Positions 22,268-36,714 of a stretch of 64,000 nt of DNA are shown in pieces. The notes beneath the pieces were generated by a model, which was given only the letters and a program-made list of their open reading frames with translations, did not search any database and was not told the DNA's origin. Numbering within the stretch: position 1 is the stretch's first letter; every line of letters starts with the position of its first letter. Source of the DNA: an uncultured Methylomirabilota bacterium (GTDB taxonomy: Bacteria; Methylomirabilota; Methylomirabilia; Methylomirabilales; 2-02-FULL-66-22); contig CAVOIV010000006.1 in NCBI GenBank assembly GCA_963695995.1, forward strand, positions 23,718-87,717. Direction: 5' to 3'. Both the position numbers and the translations under genes were made by a program.

Positions 22268-23064
22268 GCGCCATTGCGGAGGACCGGTCGCCCACGGCCA
22301 ACGCCGACCGCCTGACGATCGCCCAGAGCCCCAAGATGCCGGCCGAGGCGCTCGAGCAGGTGTTGGCGCACCCCGACCTCGCGCCGGAGGAGGTGGTCGC
22401 GCTTCTCCGCCACCCCAACACGCCGGGCGCGGCCATGGCCGAGTTGGCGGCGCGGGCGAGCGGTGGGATCCTGGATGTCCTCTTGAGCTCCCTGGAGCGC
22501 CTCGGCCGCTGGGTGGACGCCCTGGAGGCCCTCCTCGGTAATCCCCGCGTGTCGTCGGTCAAGCACCCGACGATTCAGCAGGCGATCGAGGCGGCCAGGA
22601 AGCGGGAGGCGGACGGCACCCACAAGAAGAGCTTACTCCTGCGCGTAAAGGAGTTGCCGGTGGGCCAGAAGCTGGCCCTGGCCAAGAAGGGTAACAAGGA
22701 CGTGCGGATGATCCTGATCAAGGACAGCAACGAGATGGTTGCCCTGGAGACGGTGAGCTCTTCGCGGATCACCGACGGCGAGATCCTGGCCATCGCCATG
22801 ATGCGGGATGTCTCGGACAAGGTGCTGCGGCACATCGCCAACAATCGCCGGTATCGCCAGAACAAGCAGATCGTCCTCGCGTTGCTGAACAACCCCCGCA
22901 CGCCCGTCGGTGTGTCCTTGAGCCTGGGCATCAACGGCCTCTCGGATCGGGAGTTGGTCGATCTGTCCAAGAACCGGAACGTGCCCGGCGCGATCAGCCG
23001 CGCCGCCACGCAGATCCTGGATCGCCGCAAGGGGCCGGCGGCCTCCGCGGGCGGGGGACATTAA
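22264..23064 (+). CDS. Conserved helical-repeat hypothetical protein
   Basis: Coupled to selA (ATGA overlap); KLALAKKGNKDVRMILIKDSN and repeated NP.TP units. Confidence 0.7.
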   Translation: MSAIAEDRSPTANADRLTIAQSPKMPAEALEQVLAHPDLAPEEVVALLRHPNTPGAAMAELAARASGGILDVLLSSLERLGRWVDALEALLGNPRVSSVKHPTIQQAIEAARKREADGTHKKSLLLRVKELPVGQKLALAKKGNKDVRMILIKDSNEMVALETVSSSRITDGEILAIAMMRDVSDKVLRHIANNRRYRQNKQIVLALLNNPRTPVGVSLSLGINGLSDRELVDLSKNRNVPGAISRAATQILDRRKGPAASAGGGH

Positions 23065-23067
23065 TCC

Positions 23068-23742
23068 ATGGCTGGACTCTTCATTACCTTCGAAGGCGGA
23101 GAAGGATCGGGCAAGACCACCCAGCTCAAGGCGCTGCTCACCCACCTGCGGTCCCTGGACCGGGACGTGCTCGAGACGCGCGATCCCGGCGGGACGGCCA
23201 TCGGCAACCAGGTGCGCGGGCTGCTCCTGGACGGCGAGAACGCGCGGATGGCAGCCCTGGCCGAACTTTTTCTGTACGAGGCCAGCCGGGCCCAGTTGGT
23301 CCAAGAGGTGATCCGCCCGGCGTTGGCGGCAGGCCGGATCGTCCTCTGCGATCGATTCACGGACTCCACCGTCGCCTATCAGGGATACGGGCGCGGTCTG
23401 GACCGGGATCTCATCGGACGGCTGAACCATCTCGCCGCGAACGGACTCCGACCGGACCTCACGCTGCTGCTTGACCTGGACCCCGCGGTGGGGCTGGCGC
23501 GCGTCAGCAAGCGCCTGACCGACTCGCGCCTGCGCCGCGATCGACTCGAGGACGAGCGGTTGGAGTTTCACCAGCGGGTGCAGGCCGGCTACCGGACATT
23601 GGCCGCCGAGGAGCCGGGCCGGCTGATGGTCCTGGACGCCGCCCGGGGGATCTTGGAGATCGAGGGACAGATTCGCCGACAGGTCGAAGGGCTGCTCGCC
23701 GCAGAGGTCGGGCGCCCGACAGCTAGCCCGCGCGTCGGCTGA
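23068..23742 (+). CDS. tmk: Thymidylate kinase
   Basis: FITFEGGEGSGKTTQ and LCDRFTDSTVAYQGYGRG. Confidence 0.96.
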   Translation: MAGLFITFEGGEGSGKTTQLKALLTHLRSLDRDVLETRDPGGTAIGNQVRGLLLDGENARMAALAELFLYEASRAQLVQEVIRPALAAGRIVLCDRFTDSTVAYQGYGRGLDRDLIGRLNHLAANGLRPDLTLLLDLDPAVGLARVSKRLTDSRLRRDRLEDERLEFHQRVQAGYRTLAAEEPGRLMVLDAARGILEIEGQIRRQVEGLLAAEVGRPTASPRVG

Positions 23743-23749
23743 GGTCGCC

Positions 23750-24758
23750 ATGCCCTTCGGCGAGATTTGTGGACAGGAACGGCCGGTGGCCGCGCTCCGG
23801 CGTGCCTGGGCAGCCGGGCGGCTCGCGCAGGGCTACTGCTTCGCCGGCCCGCCGGGGGTGGGAAAACGTACCACGGCGCTGGCGCTGGCCCAGGCGGTCA
23901 ACTGCCTCTCCCCCCTGCGCGAAGGAGCGGGCGCGCCCGACGCATGCGGGAGGTGTCGTGCGTGTGTCCGGATCGCCGCGGGGCAGCATCCCGACGTGGC
24001 GGTCCTGACGCCGCCCGAGGACAAGACGGTCATCACCATCGAGCAGGTTCGCGACGTGGCGGCGCGGGCCGGGATGCGAGCCTACGAGGGATTCACCCAA
24101 GGTCTGGATCCTCGACCCCGCCGACCGCATGTCCGAGGAGGCGGCCAACGCCTTCCTCAAGACGCTGGAGGAGCCGACGGGCACCCGGTTGTTCATCCTG
24201 GTGACCGCGACCTTCAGCGCCCTGCTGCCCACGATTCGCTCCCGATGCCAGGAGGTGCGCTTCACCCCGCTCGACGAGACGCACCTTCGGGCCCTTCTCG
24301 AGCGGCGTGGGCGAGATCCCGACGAGGCCGCCGCCGCGGCGGCGGCGGCCGGCGGCAGCGCCGAGCGGGCCCTCGATCCGGACCTGGCTGACCTGCGGGC
24401 TGCCCAGGGGCGGCTCGTGGCCGAGGTCTGGCGGGCCCTCGATTCCGTGCCGGGCGTCCTGGACCAGGCCGAACGACTGGCGAAGGACAAGGTCGCCCTC
24501 GAACGCGCCCTGGAGGCGCTGCTGGCCTTCACGCGGGAGGTGGCGGTGGCGCGGGTCGCCGAGGCCGATCCGGCGCTCGTGTCGGCGGAGCGGCGAGTCG
24601 AGGTCGACGAGATCGCGGGCGGCATTTCCCTGAACGCCGTCCTGGAGATTCACGAGGCACAGCGCGAGGCGCAGCAGGCTCTGGCCTGGCGTGCCCAGCC
24701 GCGCTTGGCGGCCGAACGCATGCTGCTCAGGATGCGCCAGGCCGTCGGAAAACGCTGA
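23750..24758 (+). CDS. holB: DNA polymerase III delta' subunit (frameshifted)
   Basis: GPPGVGK, CGRCRAC...HPD, AANAFLKTLEEP and LLPTIRSRC. Confidence 0.92.
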
Positions 24759-27751
<2,993 letters not shown>

Positions 27752-27772
27752 TTCGGCGACCGAGGATTTGGG

Positions 27773-27852
27773 AACCACAGATTCACAGATTTCACAGAAT
27801 GGTTTCGTGGGATCTGGCCCGTGAATCTGTGAACTCTGTGAAATCTGTGGTT
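27773..27852. repeat. Inverted arrays of roughly 9-bp units (cacagat / atctgtg), REP-like
   Basis: aaccacagattcacagatttcacaga ... tctgtgaactctgtgaaatctgtggtt. Confidence 0.8.
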
Positions 27853-27872
27853 ATCGCGAAGGGAGTGTGGGT

Positions 27873-28958
27873 ATGAGTGAGGCGAGCTACTCGGGGACCG
27901 GCGTCAACACGATCAAGGAGGAGGCCGCGCTGGCCGGCCTGCTCCGCTGGGTGGGGCAGACCGTGGCCTTTGGTCGGTGCAAGCCGGTCCTGGACTTCGG
28001 CTACTTCGCCACCGTCCTGGATCTGGGGAACAACCTCGGCTTGGCCCTCTCCACGGACGGGGTCGGCACCAAGCTCCTCGTGGCGGAGATGCTGGACAAG
28101 TACGACACGGTCGGGATCGACTGCATCGCCATGAACGTCAACGACCTCCTCTGCGTGGGGGCCGAGCCCCTTGCCATGCTGGACTACATCGCGGTCCAGG
28201 AGGCCGATCCGGCGATGCTGGAAGCCGATCGGCAAGGGCCTCTACGAGGGCGCGCGGCAGGCCAACATCTCCATCCCCGGCGGCGAGATCGCCCAGGTCC
28301 GGGAATTGATCAAGGGGGTCCGGGAGGGACGGGGATTCGACCTGGCCGGCGCCTGCGTCGGCATGGTGCCCGTGGACAGGATCATCATCGGACAGGACAT
28401 CCGGCCGGGCGACGTGGTCATCGGCCTCCGCTCCAGCGGCATCCACAGCAACGGCCTGACGCTGGCCCGCGAGGTCTTCTTCAACCGGGCCAAACTCCGC
28501 CCGGAACAGCACATGCCCGAGTTCGGGCGGAGCGTCGGCGAGGAGCTCCTGGAACCGACGCGGATCTACGTCCGTGAAGTGCTGGACGTGCTCCGGTCGG
28601 GCGTGGAGGTCAAGGCCATGGCCCACATCACCAGCGACGGGCTCACGAACCTCTTGCGCGTGCAGTCGCCGGTCGGCTACGTCCTCGAGACGCTGCCCGA
28701 GCCCCAGCCGGTCTTCCGCCTGCTGCAGCGACTCGGCGGGGTCGCGCGACGAGGAGATGTTCCAGGTCTACAACATGGGCGTCGGCTTCTGCCTGGTGGT
28801 TGCGGCCGGCGGACGCCGATCGGGCGCTGGAGACGCTCCGTCGACAGGGAGCCGCACCCCTGGCTATCCTGGGTCACGCGGTCGCCGATCCGGACCGGAC
28901 CGTCCGCCTGCCCAACGGCTTGGTGGGCCAAGGCAACGACTTCCGGCGCAGCCGCTAG
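27873..28958 (+). CDS. purM: Phosphoribosylformylglycinamidine cyclo-ligase (frameshifted)
   Basis: [47 protein letters not shown] and YNMGVGF. Confidence 0.93.
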
Positions 28959-29015
28959 GAGCGGCCAAGTCCCCCGACGACACGCGCGAACCCGCGGAAA
29001 GGAGGTCGGATGGCT

Positions 29016-30444
29016 ATGGCCTATCGACGTCCTGCTGAAGGGCGGGACGGTCGGTCGATCCGCTCGCGGGCCCGCGTCGAGGCCGCCGACCTCGCCGTGG
29101 CCGGCGGGCAGATCGTCGAGATCGCCCCGGACCTGGATCCCACCCTGCGCGCGCGAGGTCTTCGATCTCCGCGGCCCGGTCGTGCTCCCCGGCATCGTCG
29201 ACATGCACATGCACGCCTCGGCCTGGCTGGGGGGGCGGCGCGGGCCACAAGATGATGGCCGAGGTCGGCGTGACGACGGCCCTGGACATGTCGGGCCCCA
29301 TCGACAGCGTCCTGGACATCGCCCGGGACCACGGGGTCGGCCTGAACATCGCCTGCATCGAGGCGGTCCGACCCGGCCAGACGGTGCAGGGCACCGATCC
29401 GGGCCCGGCGGAGCTCCAGGCACTCCTCGACGGAAGCCTGCGCAAGGGGGCCATCGGCTTCAAGCTGCTCGGCGGGCACTATCCGCTCACCCCCGAGGCC
29501 ACGGCCCGGACCATCGAGCTGGCGAATGCGCGCCAGCGCCTACGTCGCCTTCCATGCCGGCAGCCTCGACGCAGGGCTCCAACATCGAGGGCTTCCTCCA
29601 GGCCGTGGAACTGGCGCGGGCCACACGCCCTCCACATCGCCCACGTCAACAGCTACTGCCGGGGCGCCGTCCGCCCCTGGATGCAGGAGACGGAAGAGGC
29701 CATCGCGGCGCTCGTCGGCCCACCCCAACCTGCGCTCGGAAAGCTACCTGTCGCCCGCTGAACGGCACCAGCGCCAAGTGCTCGGGCGGGGCGCCGGAGA
29801 GCCGCGTCACCCAGCACTGTCTGACGGTCGGGGGCTTCCCCCCGACCGAGGCCGGCTTCGAGGCGGCCATCCTGGCGGGCTGGGCCGCAGATCAACGTCG
29901 AGGCGGGCGGCCGGCGTCCTCCTCGGGACAGGCCCGGCCGCCCGGGACTACTGGCGGCAGCGCGACACCGACGCCACGGTGAGCTTCGCCGTCAACCCGC
30001 CGGAGCCGCGGCTCCGCCTGGCCACCGCCAAGCGCCCGTCGGGCGAGTTCGTCGTGGACGCCATCAGCACGGACGGTGGCGGCATCCCGCGGAACGTCAT
30101 CGTCGAGATGGGCCTGGCCCTGGTCAAGCTCCAGGCGCTCACCCTGGTCGAGTTTGCCACCAAGGCCAGCCTGAATCCGGCCCGCATCCTGGGCCTCAAC
30201 ACTAAGGGCGCCCTGCGACGCCGGCGCCGATGCCGACATCACCGTGGTGAGCCTGGCGGACCAGCGGGCGATCCTGGGCATCGCCAACGGGCGCGTCATC
30301 ATGCACCGGGGTTACGCCTGCGGCAGCGGGAGCCGGATCGTCACCACGGCGGCGGGCGCCGCCGCGGTGCAGGCGCGGGGCCTCCGACCCATCGTGGTGG
30401 ACCTGGCGGAGAGCGCCTTCTATCGGGCGCGGCCCCTGGCCTGA
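29016..30444 (+). CDS. Metal-dependent amidohydrolase (heavily frameshifted)
   Basis: DVLLKGG, PGIVDMHMH, KLLGGHYP, AHVNSY, ISTDGGGIPRN, NPARILG and ADITVV. Confidence 0.8.
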
Positions 30445-30501
30445 CCCGCCAACGGGTGCGCCGCTGCACTTGTCCAGGAGGCCTTCGGGCCGGAAAGGAG
30501 C

Positions 30502-31818
30502 GTGACGATGCTCATGTACGTCATCGCCACAGCGGTCACGGTCCTGACCTTCGGCGCCATCGTCAAGAAGCTGGAGGTTCGTCTGGCCCTGCTCACCGGC
30601 GGGCTGATCATGGCCGTCATCGCCTGGAATCCGCAGGCCTGGTCCGACGCCTTCGCCCGGAACATGGTCGTGGCCGGGCTGCTCCAGGCCATTCCTCCCG
30701 TCATGGGTTTTGCCGCCGTCATGGAGCTGACCGGCTGCAACGCCCACCTCGTCAAGATGCTCACGGACCCCCTCGTCAAGGTTCGGCCTCTCCTCATACC
30801 CGGGGCCATGCTGGTGACCTTCTTCGTCAACATGGCCCTGCCCAGCGCGGCGGGCTGCACGGCGGCCGTGGGCGTGGTTTTGATTCCGGCCATGATGGCG
30901 GCCGGCATTCATCCCGCCATGGCGGCGGCGGCGGTCTTCGCCGGCACCTGGGGCTCCACCTGGAGCCCGGGCAACGCCCACAACGCCATGGTGGCCAAGA
31001 TCGCCAATGTCCCCGTGATGGAGGTCATCCAGGCGCACATGCCATACACCCTCTCCATCGCCGCACTCATCGCCATCGTCCTCTTCCTTGAGGGAAAGCT
31101 CTTCAAGCAGGACAAGGACTGGACCCCGGAGAAGGCCGGCTCCAACCTTGCCCAAATCGCCAAGACGGAGCGCGCCGACGCTGGAGCAGGTCAACTATCT
31201 CTGGGCGATCACCCCCATGGTGCCGCTGGCGCATCCTCATCGTCACCAATGTGCCGGCCATCACCGGAGCGCTCCCCTTCATTCCCAAGGGGGTCACGGT
31301 CCTGGTGGCCATGCTGATCGGAACGGCTCTGGGGATGCTGGTCACGTGGACCAGCCCGGTCACGATCTGCAACAAGTTCTTCGACGGGATGGGCCACGCC
31401 TACGGCTTCGTCTTCGGCATCATCATCGCCGCCGGCGCGTTCATCGCGCGGCCTGGAGGCGGCGGGCGTGATCAAGGATCTCATCGAGGCCCTGAAGAGC
31501 GCCAAGTCGCGTCGTGCCGTTCGCTCGGGACCTTCGGCCCCTTCCTCCTCGCGGTCCTGAGCGGCTCCGGGGACGCGGCCACGCTGGCCTTCAACAACGC
31601 GGTCACGCCCCACGCGGCCTCGTTCGGCATCAGCACCATCAATCTGGGGAACCTGGCCAACATCGGCGGGGCGCTGGGACGCAGCATGTCGCCGGTGGCC
31701 GCCGGCTTGCATCATCGCGTCGGCCTTCGCCGGCGTCAGTCCCTTCGAGGTCATGAAGCGAAACGCGGTCCCCATGCTGGTGGCGGCCGTGATGGGCATG
31801 CTCTTGCTGGCCCGCTGA
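30502..31818 (+). CDS. dcuC: DcuC/DcuD-family C4-dicarboxylate transporter (frameshifted)
   Basis: Hydrophobic; MGFAAVM, LPSAAG, SGSGDAATLAFN and GALGRSMSPVA. Confidence 0.8.
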
Positions 31819-31831
31819 CGGCGGTTTCCGG

Positions 31832-32785
31832 TCACCGGCCCCGGCCCCGACGCGGCTGTCGTCGTCGGGGCCGGGCGGCGGCCTCGGCCTGCAGCTGGAA
31901 CGACCGGGCCATCTCGACGAAGGCCTGCAGCGCGCGGGAGACCCAGCGGTCCTTGTGGCGGATCAGGTAGAAGTGATAGGCGATCTCCGCGTCCGCTGAA
32001 GCAGGACCCGGTGGAGCGACCCATCCTGCAGCTCCTTTCGCCACCACCTGTTGAGACAGAATGGCCATCCCGACCCCGTTCTCGACGAACCGCTTGATGG
32101 CCGTAGTGCTGGCCGACTCCATGACGACCGGCGGCGCCACCCCGTGGCGCTTGAGCATGTCGTCGACGATCCGCCGCGGCGAGGAGCCCTGTCTCGCGCA
32201 GGATCAGCGGTTGGTCCCGCCAGCTCCCGCACGGCGATGGTCCGGCGGCGCGCGAACGGGTGGGTCGGACCCGACCACCCCCACCAGCAGGTCCGTCAGG
32301 ATCTCGCCGCGCCTCCAGCTTGGGATGGGCGGGGTCGTGGGCGCAGATGCCGATGTCGTTCTGTCTGGGCCAGGGTGTTCTCGATGACCTGGCTGCTGTT
32401 CCCGATGCCGATCTGGAACACGATACCGGGATGCCGTCGGTGCAGCGCCTCCAGCAGGGCGGGCAGGTAGTAGTCGCCGCACGATGTAGGTCGCGTCGAT
32501 CCGCAGCGTCCCCAGCGGGAGGCCCCGCAGATCCGCCAGCGCCTCCTCGGTCTCCCGTGCTCAGGCGGAGGATCCGGCCGGCGAAGTCGAACAGGACCTT
32601 GCCCTCCTCGGTGAGCGACACCCGCTTCGCCGACGCGGTCCAGGAACTGCAGCGCCGTAGGCCTCCTCAAGCCGCTTCACCTGCCAGGTGACCGCCGGCT
32701 GGGTGAGGTGGAGCTTGGTCGGCGGCGGCGGTGAAGCTTCGGGCACTCGCCACCTCGTAGAACACGCGAACTGGTGCAGGTTCAT
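31832..32785 (-). CDS. LysR-family transcriptional regulator (frameshifted)
   Basis: MNLHQ...SFTAAA..LHLTQPAVTWQVKRLEE and STTAIKRFVENGVGMAILS. Confidence 0.88.
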
Positions 32786-32905
32786 GACGCGCCTCCGAAT
32801 AGTGTTTATGGATGACATTAGGATTATGAATTTGACTTATGATAGCCATGAGTGGGATGGTTAGCAATAGCGTCGAGTGCGCCGCCACGGCGCCAGGGAG
32901 GATCC

Positions 32906-34068
32906 ATGAGCGACATCCCGAAGCTGATGCAGGACCCCACCGATGGCCGCGGCCCTGGCCTGGGTGGACGCGCACGTGAGTCAAGTGGTCGAGGAAACCA
33001 TCCGTATCTGCGAGATCCCGGCCCCGACTTTCGAGGAGGGGGACCGCGCGGCCTACGTGAAGGAGCGGTTCGCCCAGTTGGGCCTCCAGGACGTGGTCAT
33101 TGACGGAGCGGGAAATGTCCGGGGCAGGCGGCCGGGCACTGGGAATGCCCCAGGGATAGCCGTCGGGGCCCACCTGGACACGGTGTTCCCCAAGGGGACC
33201 GACGTCCGGGTGAAACGCGAAGGGGCCCGGCTCCTGGCCCCGGGGATCGGGGACAACAGCGTGGCCGTGGCGTCTCTCCTGGCCATGGTGGAGGCCCTGG
33301 ACACCGGAGGCGTCCGGACCGCAGGCGATCTCTACCTGACCTGCAACACCGGCGAAGAGGGGCTCGGCGACCTCAAGGGCATGAAGGCCTTTGTGGCGGA
33401 CGTGAAGGACAAGGTGAAGGCCCTGGTCGCTCTCGAGGGGATGAAGATCAACCGCATCATTCACGTCGCGGTGGGAAGCCGACGCTACAAGGTCACCTTC
33501 ACCGCCCGGGGCGGCCACAGTTGGGGCCACTTTCCCGCGCCCAGCGCCATTCATATCCTGGGGCGAGCCATCGCCGACATCTCGCGCCTGGAGGTCCCCA
33601 CGGATCCCAAGACCACGTACAACGTCGGCGTAATCCACGGCGGCACCACGGTCAACACCATCGCCTCCGAGGCCGACATGCTGGTGGACATGCGTTCGGT
33701 GGACATCACGTCGCTGGCCGATCTGGAGCGGCGGGTTCTCGGCATCATCGAGCGAACCGCCAAGGAGGGCGACGGGCAGGCCAAGCTTGATCTCGTGGGG
33801 GACCGGCCGGCTGGCTCCATCCCCGCCACGCACCCCGTGGTCGAGACCTGCAAGGCCGTCCACCGCGCCCTGGGGTCTGCAGACGTTCACCGAGGCCTCC
33901 AGCACGGACGTCAATGCGGCCCTGGGGGTCGGACTCCCCGGCGTCTGCATCTCCATCACCGAGGGGGCCAACGAGCATCGGCTGGACGAATACATCGAGA
34001 TCGGCCCGATCCCCCTGGGAATCAAGAACATCCTGCTGGCAACGGTGGCGCTGGCCGGGCAGGCATGA
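32906..34068 (+). CDS. M20/M25/M40 metallo-hydrolase (frameshifted)
   Basis: AHLDTV, GIGDN, GEEGLGD, GGHS, YNVGVIHGGTTVN, STD.N and HRLDE. Confidence 0.88.
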
Positions 34069-34110
34069 CACGGAACCTGGCGAGCGGAGGGAACCGAGTG
34101 GAGTTGACCC

Positions 34111-35658
34111 ATGAGTGACTACCTGTCCACGTTACGCGAGCTTCGCGAGAAGGCCCTGAAGGGCGGCGGCCCCAAGCGGATCGAGCAGCAACACGAGCGC
34201 GGGAAGCTCACCGCGCGCGAGCGGCTGGCGTTCCTCCTGGACGAGGACTCCTTCCAGGAGTTCGGCGCCCTGGCAACCCACAACATCACCGACTTCGGCA
34301 TGGCGGATCAACGCTATCCGGGCGACGGGATCGTCACCGGTCTGGGGAAGATCAACGGGCGCCGGGTGGCGGTTTTCGCCCAGGACTTCACGGTGTTGGG
34401 CGGTTCGTTCTCCGAGGTCCAGTCGCACAAGATCTGCCGGATCCAGGATCTGGCCCTGGAAAGCGGCATCCCCCTCATCGGCCTGAACGATTCGGGCGGC
34501 GCTCGCATCCAGGAGGGCGTGCGGAGCCTGGCGGCGTACGGCGAGGTCTTCCAGCGCAACGTCCTTGCCTCGGGTGTGGTCCCGCAGATCTCGGTGATGC
34601 TCGGCCCCTGCGCGGGCGGCGCGGTCTATTCTCCGGCGCTCACCGATTTCGTCATCATGGCGCGCGACACCAGCTTCATGTTCCTGACCGGGCCCGAGGT
34701 GATCAAGGCGGTGACCGGCGAGGACGTGAGCGTCGCCAATCTGGGCGGCCCGCTGATCCACAACTGCCGGAGCGGCGTGGCCCACTTCCTCGCCGCGAAC
34801 GAGCAGGCCGCCATCTCCATGGCGAAACTGCTGCTGAGCTATCTGCCGCAGAACAACACCGAGGACCCACCCCAGGTGGCGCCCTACGATCCCGCCTGAC
34901 CGCATGGAGGAGTCGCTGAACAGCGTGGTGCCCGCCAGCGAGAAGCGAAGCCTACGACATGCACGTCGTGATCGACGCCGTCTTCGACCGCGACAGCTTT
35001 CTGGAGGTCCACTCCTGCTACGCCCCCAACGCGGTCGTCGGCTTCGCGCGCCTGGACGGCTATTCCGTGGGGATCGTGGCCAACCAGCCCGCCCACATGG
35101 CCGGCGCGCTCGACATCGACGCCAGCGACAAGATCTCGCGCTTCATCCGGATCTGCGATGCCTACAGCATCCCGCTGATCACCTTCGTGGACTGCCCCGG
35201 TTTCCTGCCCGGCGTGGACCAGGAGTACCACGGGGTCATCCGCCACGGCGCCAAGATCATCTACGCCTACACCGAGGCCACGGTGCCCAAGATCTCCATC
35301 GTCACCCGAAAGGCCATGGGCGGCTCCTACGTCGCCATGAGCTCCAAGCAGATGCGGAACGACCTGGCCTACGCCTGGCCCACGGCGCAGATCGCCGTCA
35401 TGGGCGCGGAAGGCGCCGTCCGCATCCTGTACCGGCAGGAGCTGTCCAAGGCGGACGATCCGGCGGCCGCTGGAGCGGAAGTACATCGAGGAGTACCGCG
35501 AGATGTTCTTCAACCCCTTCCGGGCGGCGGATCTCGGCCAGATCGACGAGGTGATCGAGCCGCGCGAGACCCGGCCGCGCCTGATCCGCGCGCTGGAGGT
35601 GTTGCGCACGAAGGTGCAGCAGAATCCGACCAAGAAGCACGGCCTGATGCCGGTGTAG
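34111..35658 (+). CDS. Acyl-CoA carboxyltransferase (methylmalonyl-CoA decarboxylase alpha-like, frameshifted)
   Basis: GKLTARER, QDFTVLGGS, DSGGARIQEG, GPCAGGAVYSPA, GFLPG..QE and KKHG..P. Confidence 0.92.
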
Positions 35659-35720
35659 CCGGCGGGCGGCCGGGGCGTTGCGTACCCACTCCGCGCCACT
35701 GCGCTCGCAAGGGGTGTACG

Positions 35721-36090
35721 ATGACACTGACAGAACGCCTGATGACCGGGCTCAACATCACCATCCTGGGAATGGGCCTGGTGTTCCTCCTCCTGGCCCT
35801 GCTGTGGGGCCTCCTGACCGTGCATGCTCCGCCTGGACCGCGAGCCGCCGCCGAGCGAGATCAAGGAGAGCGGGCGCACCGGTCGGCCCGGCGCCGCGAC
35901 TCCCCGCGGGATGGCGCCGGAGCTGCTCGCCGCGATCGGCGTCGCGGTGCTCACGCACCAGTCGGTGCTGAGAAAGCAGGCGGCCCCATCCATGCGAAGC
36001 CACTGGCCGGGGAGCATTCTCTTCGCCAGCCGCTGGGTCTCGGCGGGGCGCCATCAGCAGACGCAGAACTGGCACCCGGGCAAGCGCTGA
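35721..36090 (+). CDS. OadG/MmdD-family membrane anchor subunit (frameshifted)
   Basis: GLNITILGMGLVFLLL, ELLAAIGVAV and S.W..AGR. Confidence 0.8.
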
Positions 36091-36207
36091 GCGCGCGGAG
36101 GGACGGCGCGAATCCGGACAGCGAGCCGCGCCGGTAGCGCCCAGACCGGGCCGGATATTTCGTTCGCCGGATGCCGTCGTTCGCGCACGCCACAAGGGAG
36201 ATGAGTC

Positions 36208-36712
36208 ATGCGCCGGTACACGTTAGAGGTCGGCGGTAAACCCTATGTCATTGACGTGCAGGAGGTCACGGCGGACCGATTCACGGTCCAGGTGGGAGGA
36301 GAGGAGTATGAGGTGCGCCTCTCCAGCGACGAGGACCTGGCTGAGGCGCTGATCACCCCCGCGATGGTCCCCGCCCGCGCGAACCACACCTCGCGCGGCC
36401 GCCCCCGCGGTCCGGGTCGCCGCTCCGTCCCGCGTCGGAGCCGACGATCGCGCCGCCGCCCTTGACGCGCGCCTCGACCGATGGGCACGTCGTGGGCGCC
36501 CTGACCGCACCCATGCCCGGCAAGATTCTGTCCGTCGAGGTGCAGCCACGGTGATCGGGTCAGCCGAGGGCAGACCCTGGTCATTCTGGAAGCCATGAAA
36601 ATGAAGAACGCCATCAAGTCCCCCTACGACGGCGTGGTGCTGGAGATCACGGGTGCGGCCCGACCAGACGGTCGCCCATGGCGACCTGCTCGTCCAGTTG
36701 GGGGAGGAGTGA
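36208..36712 (+). CDS. Biotin carboxyl carrier subunit (frameshifted)
   Basis: APMPGKI...LEAMKMKN.I.SP.DG.V biotinyl motif after a Pro/Ala-rich linker. Confidence 0.88.
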
Positions 36713-36714
36713 GG

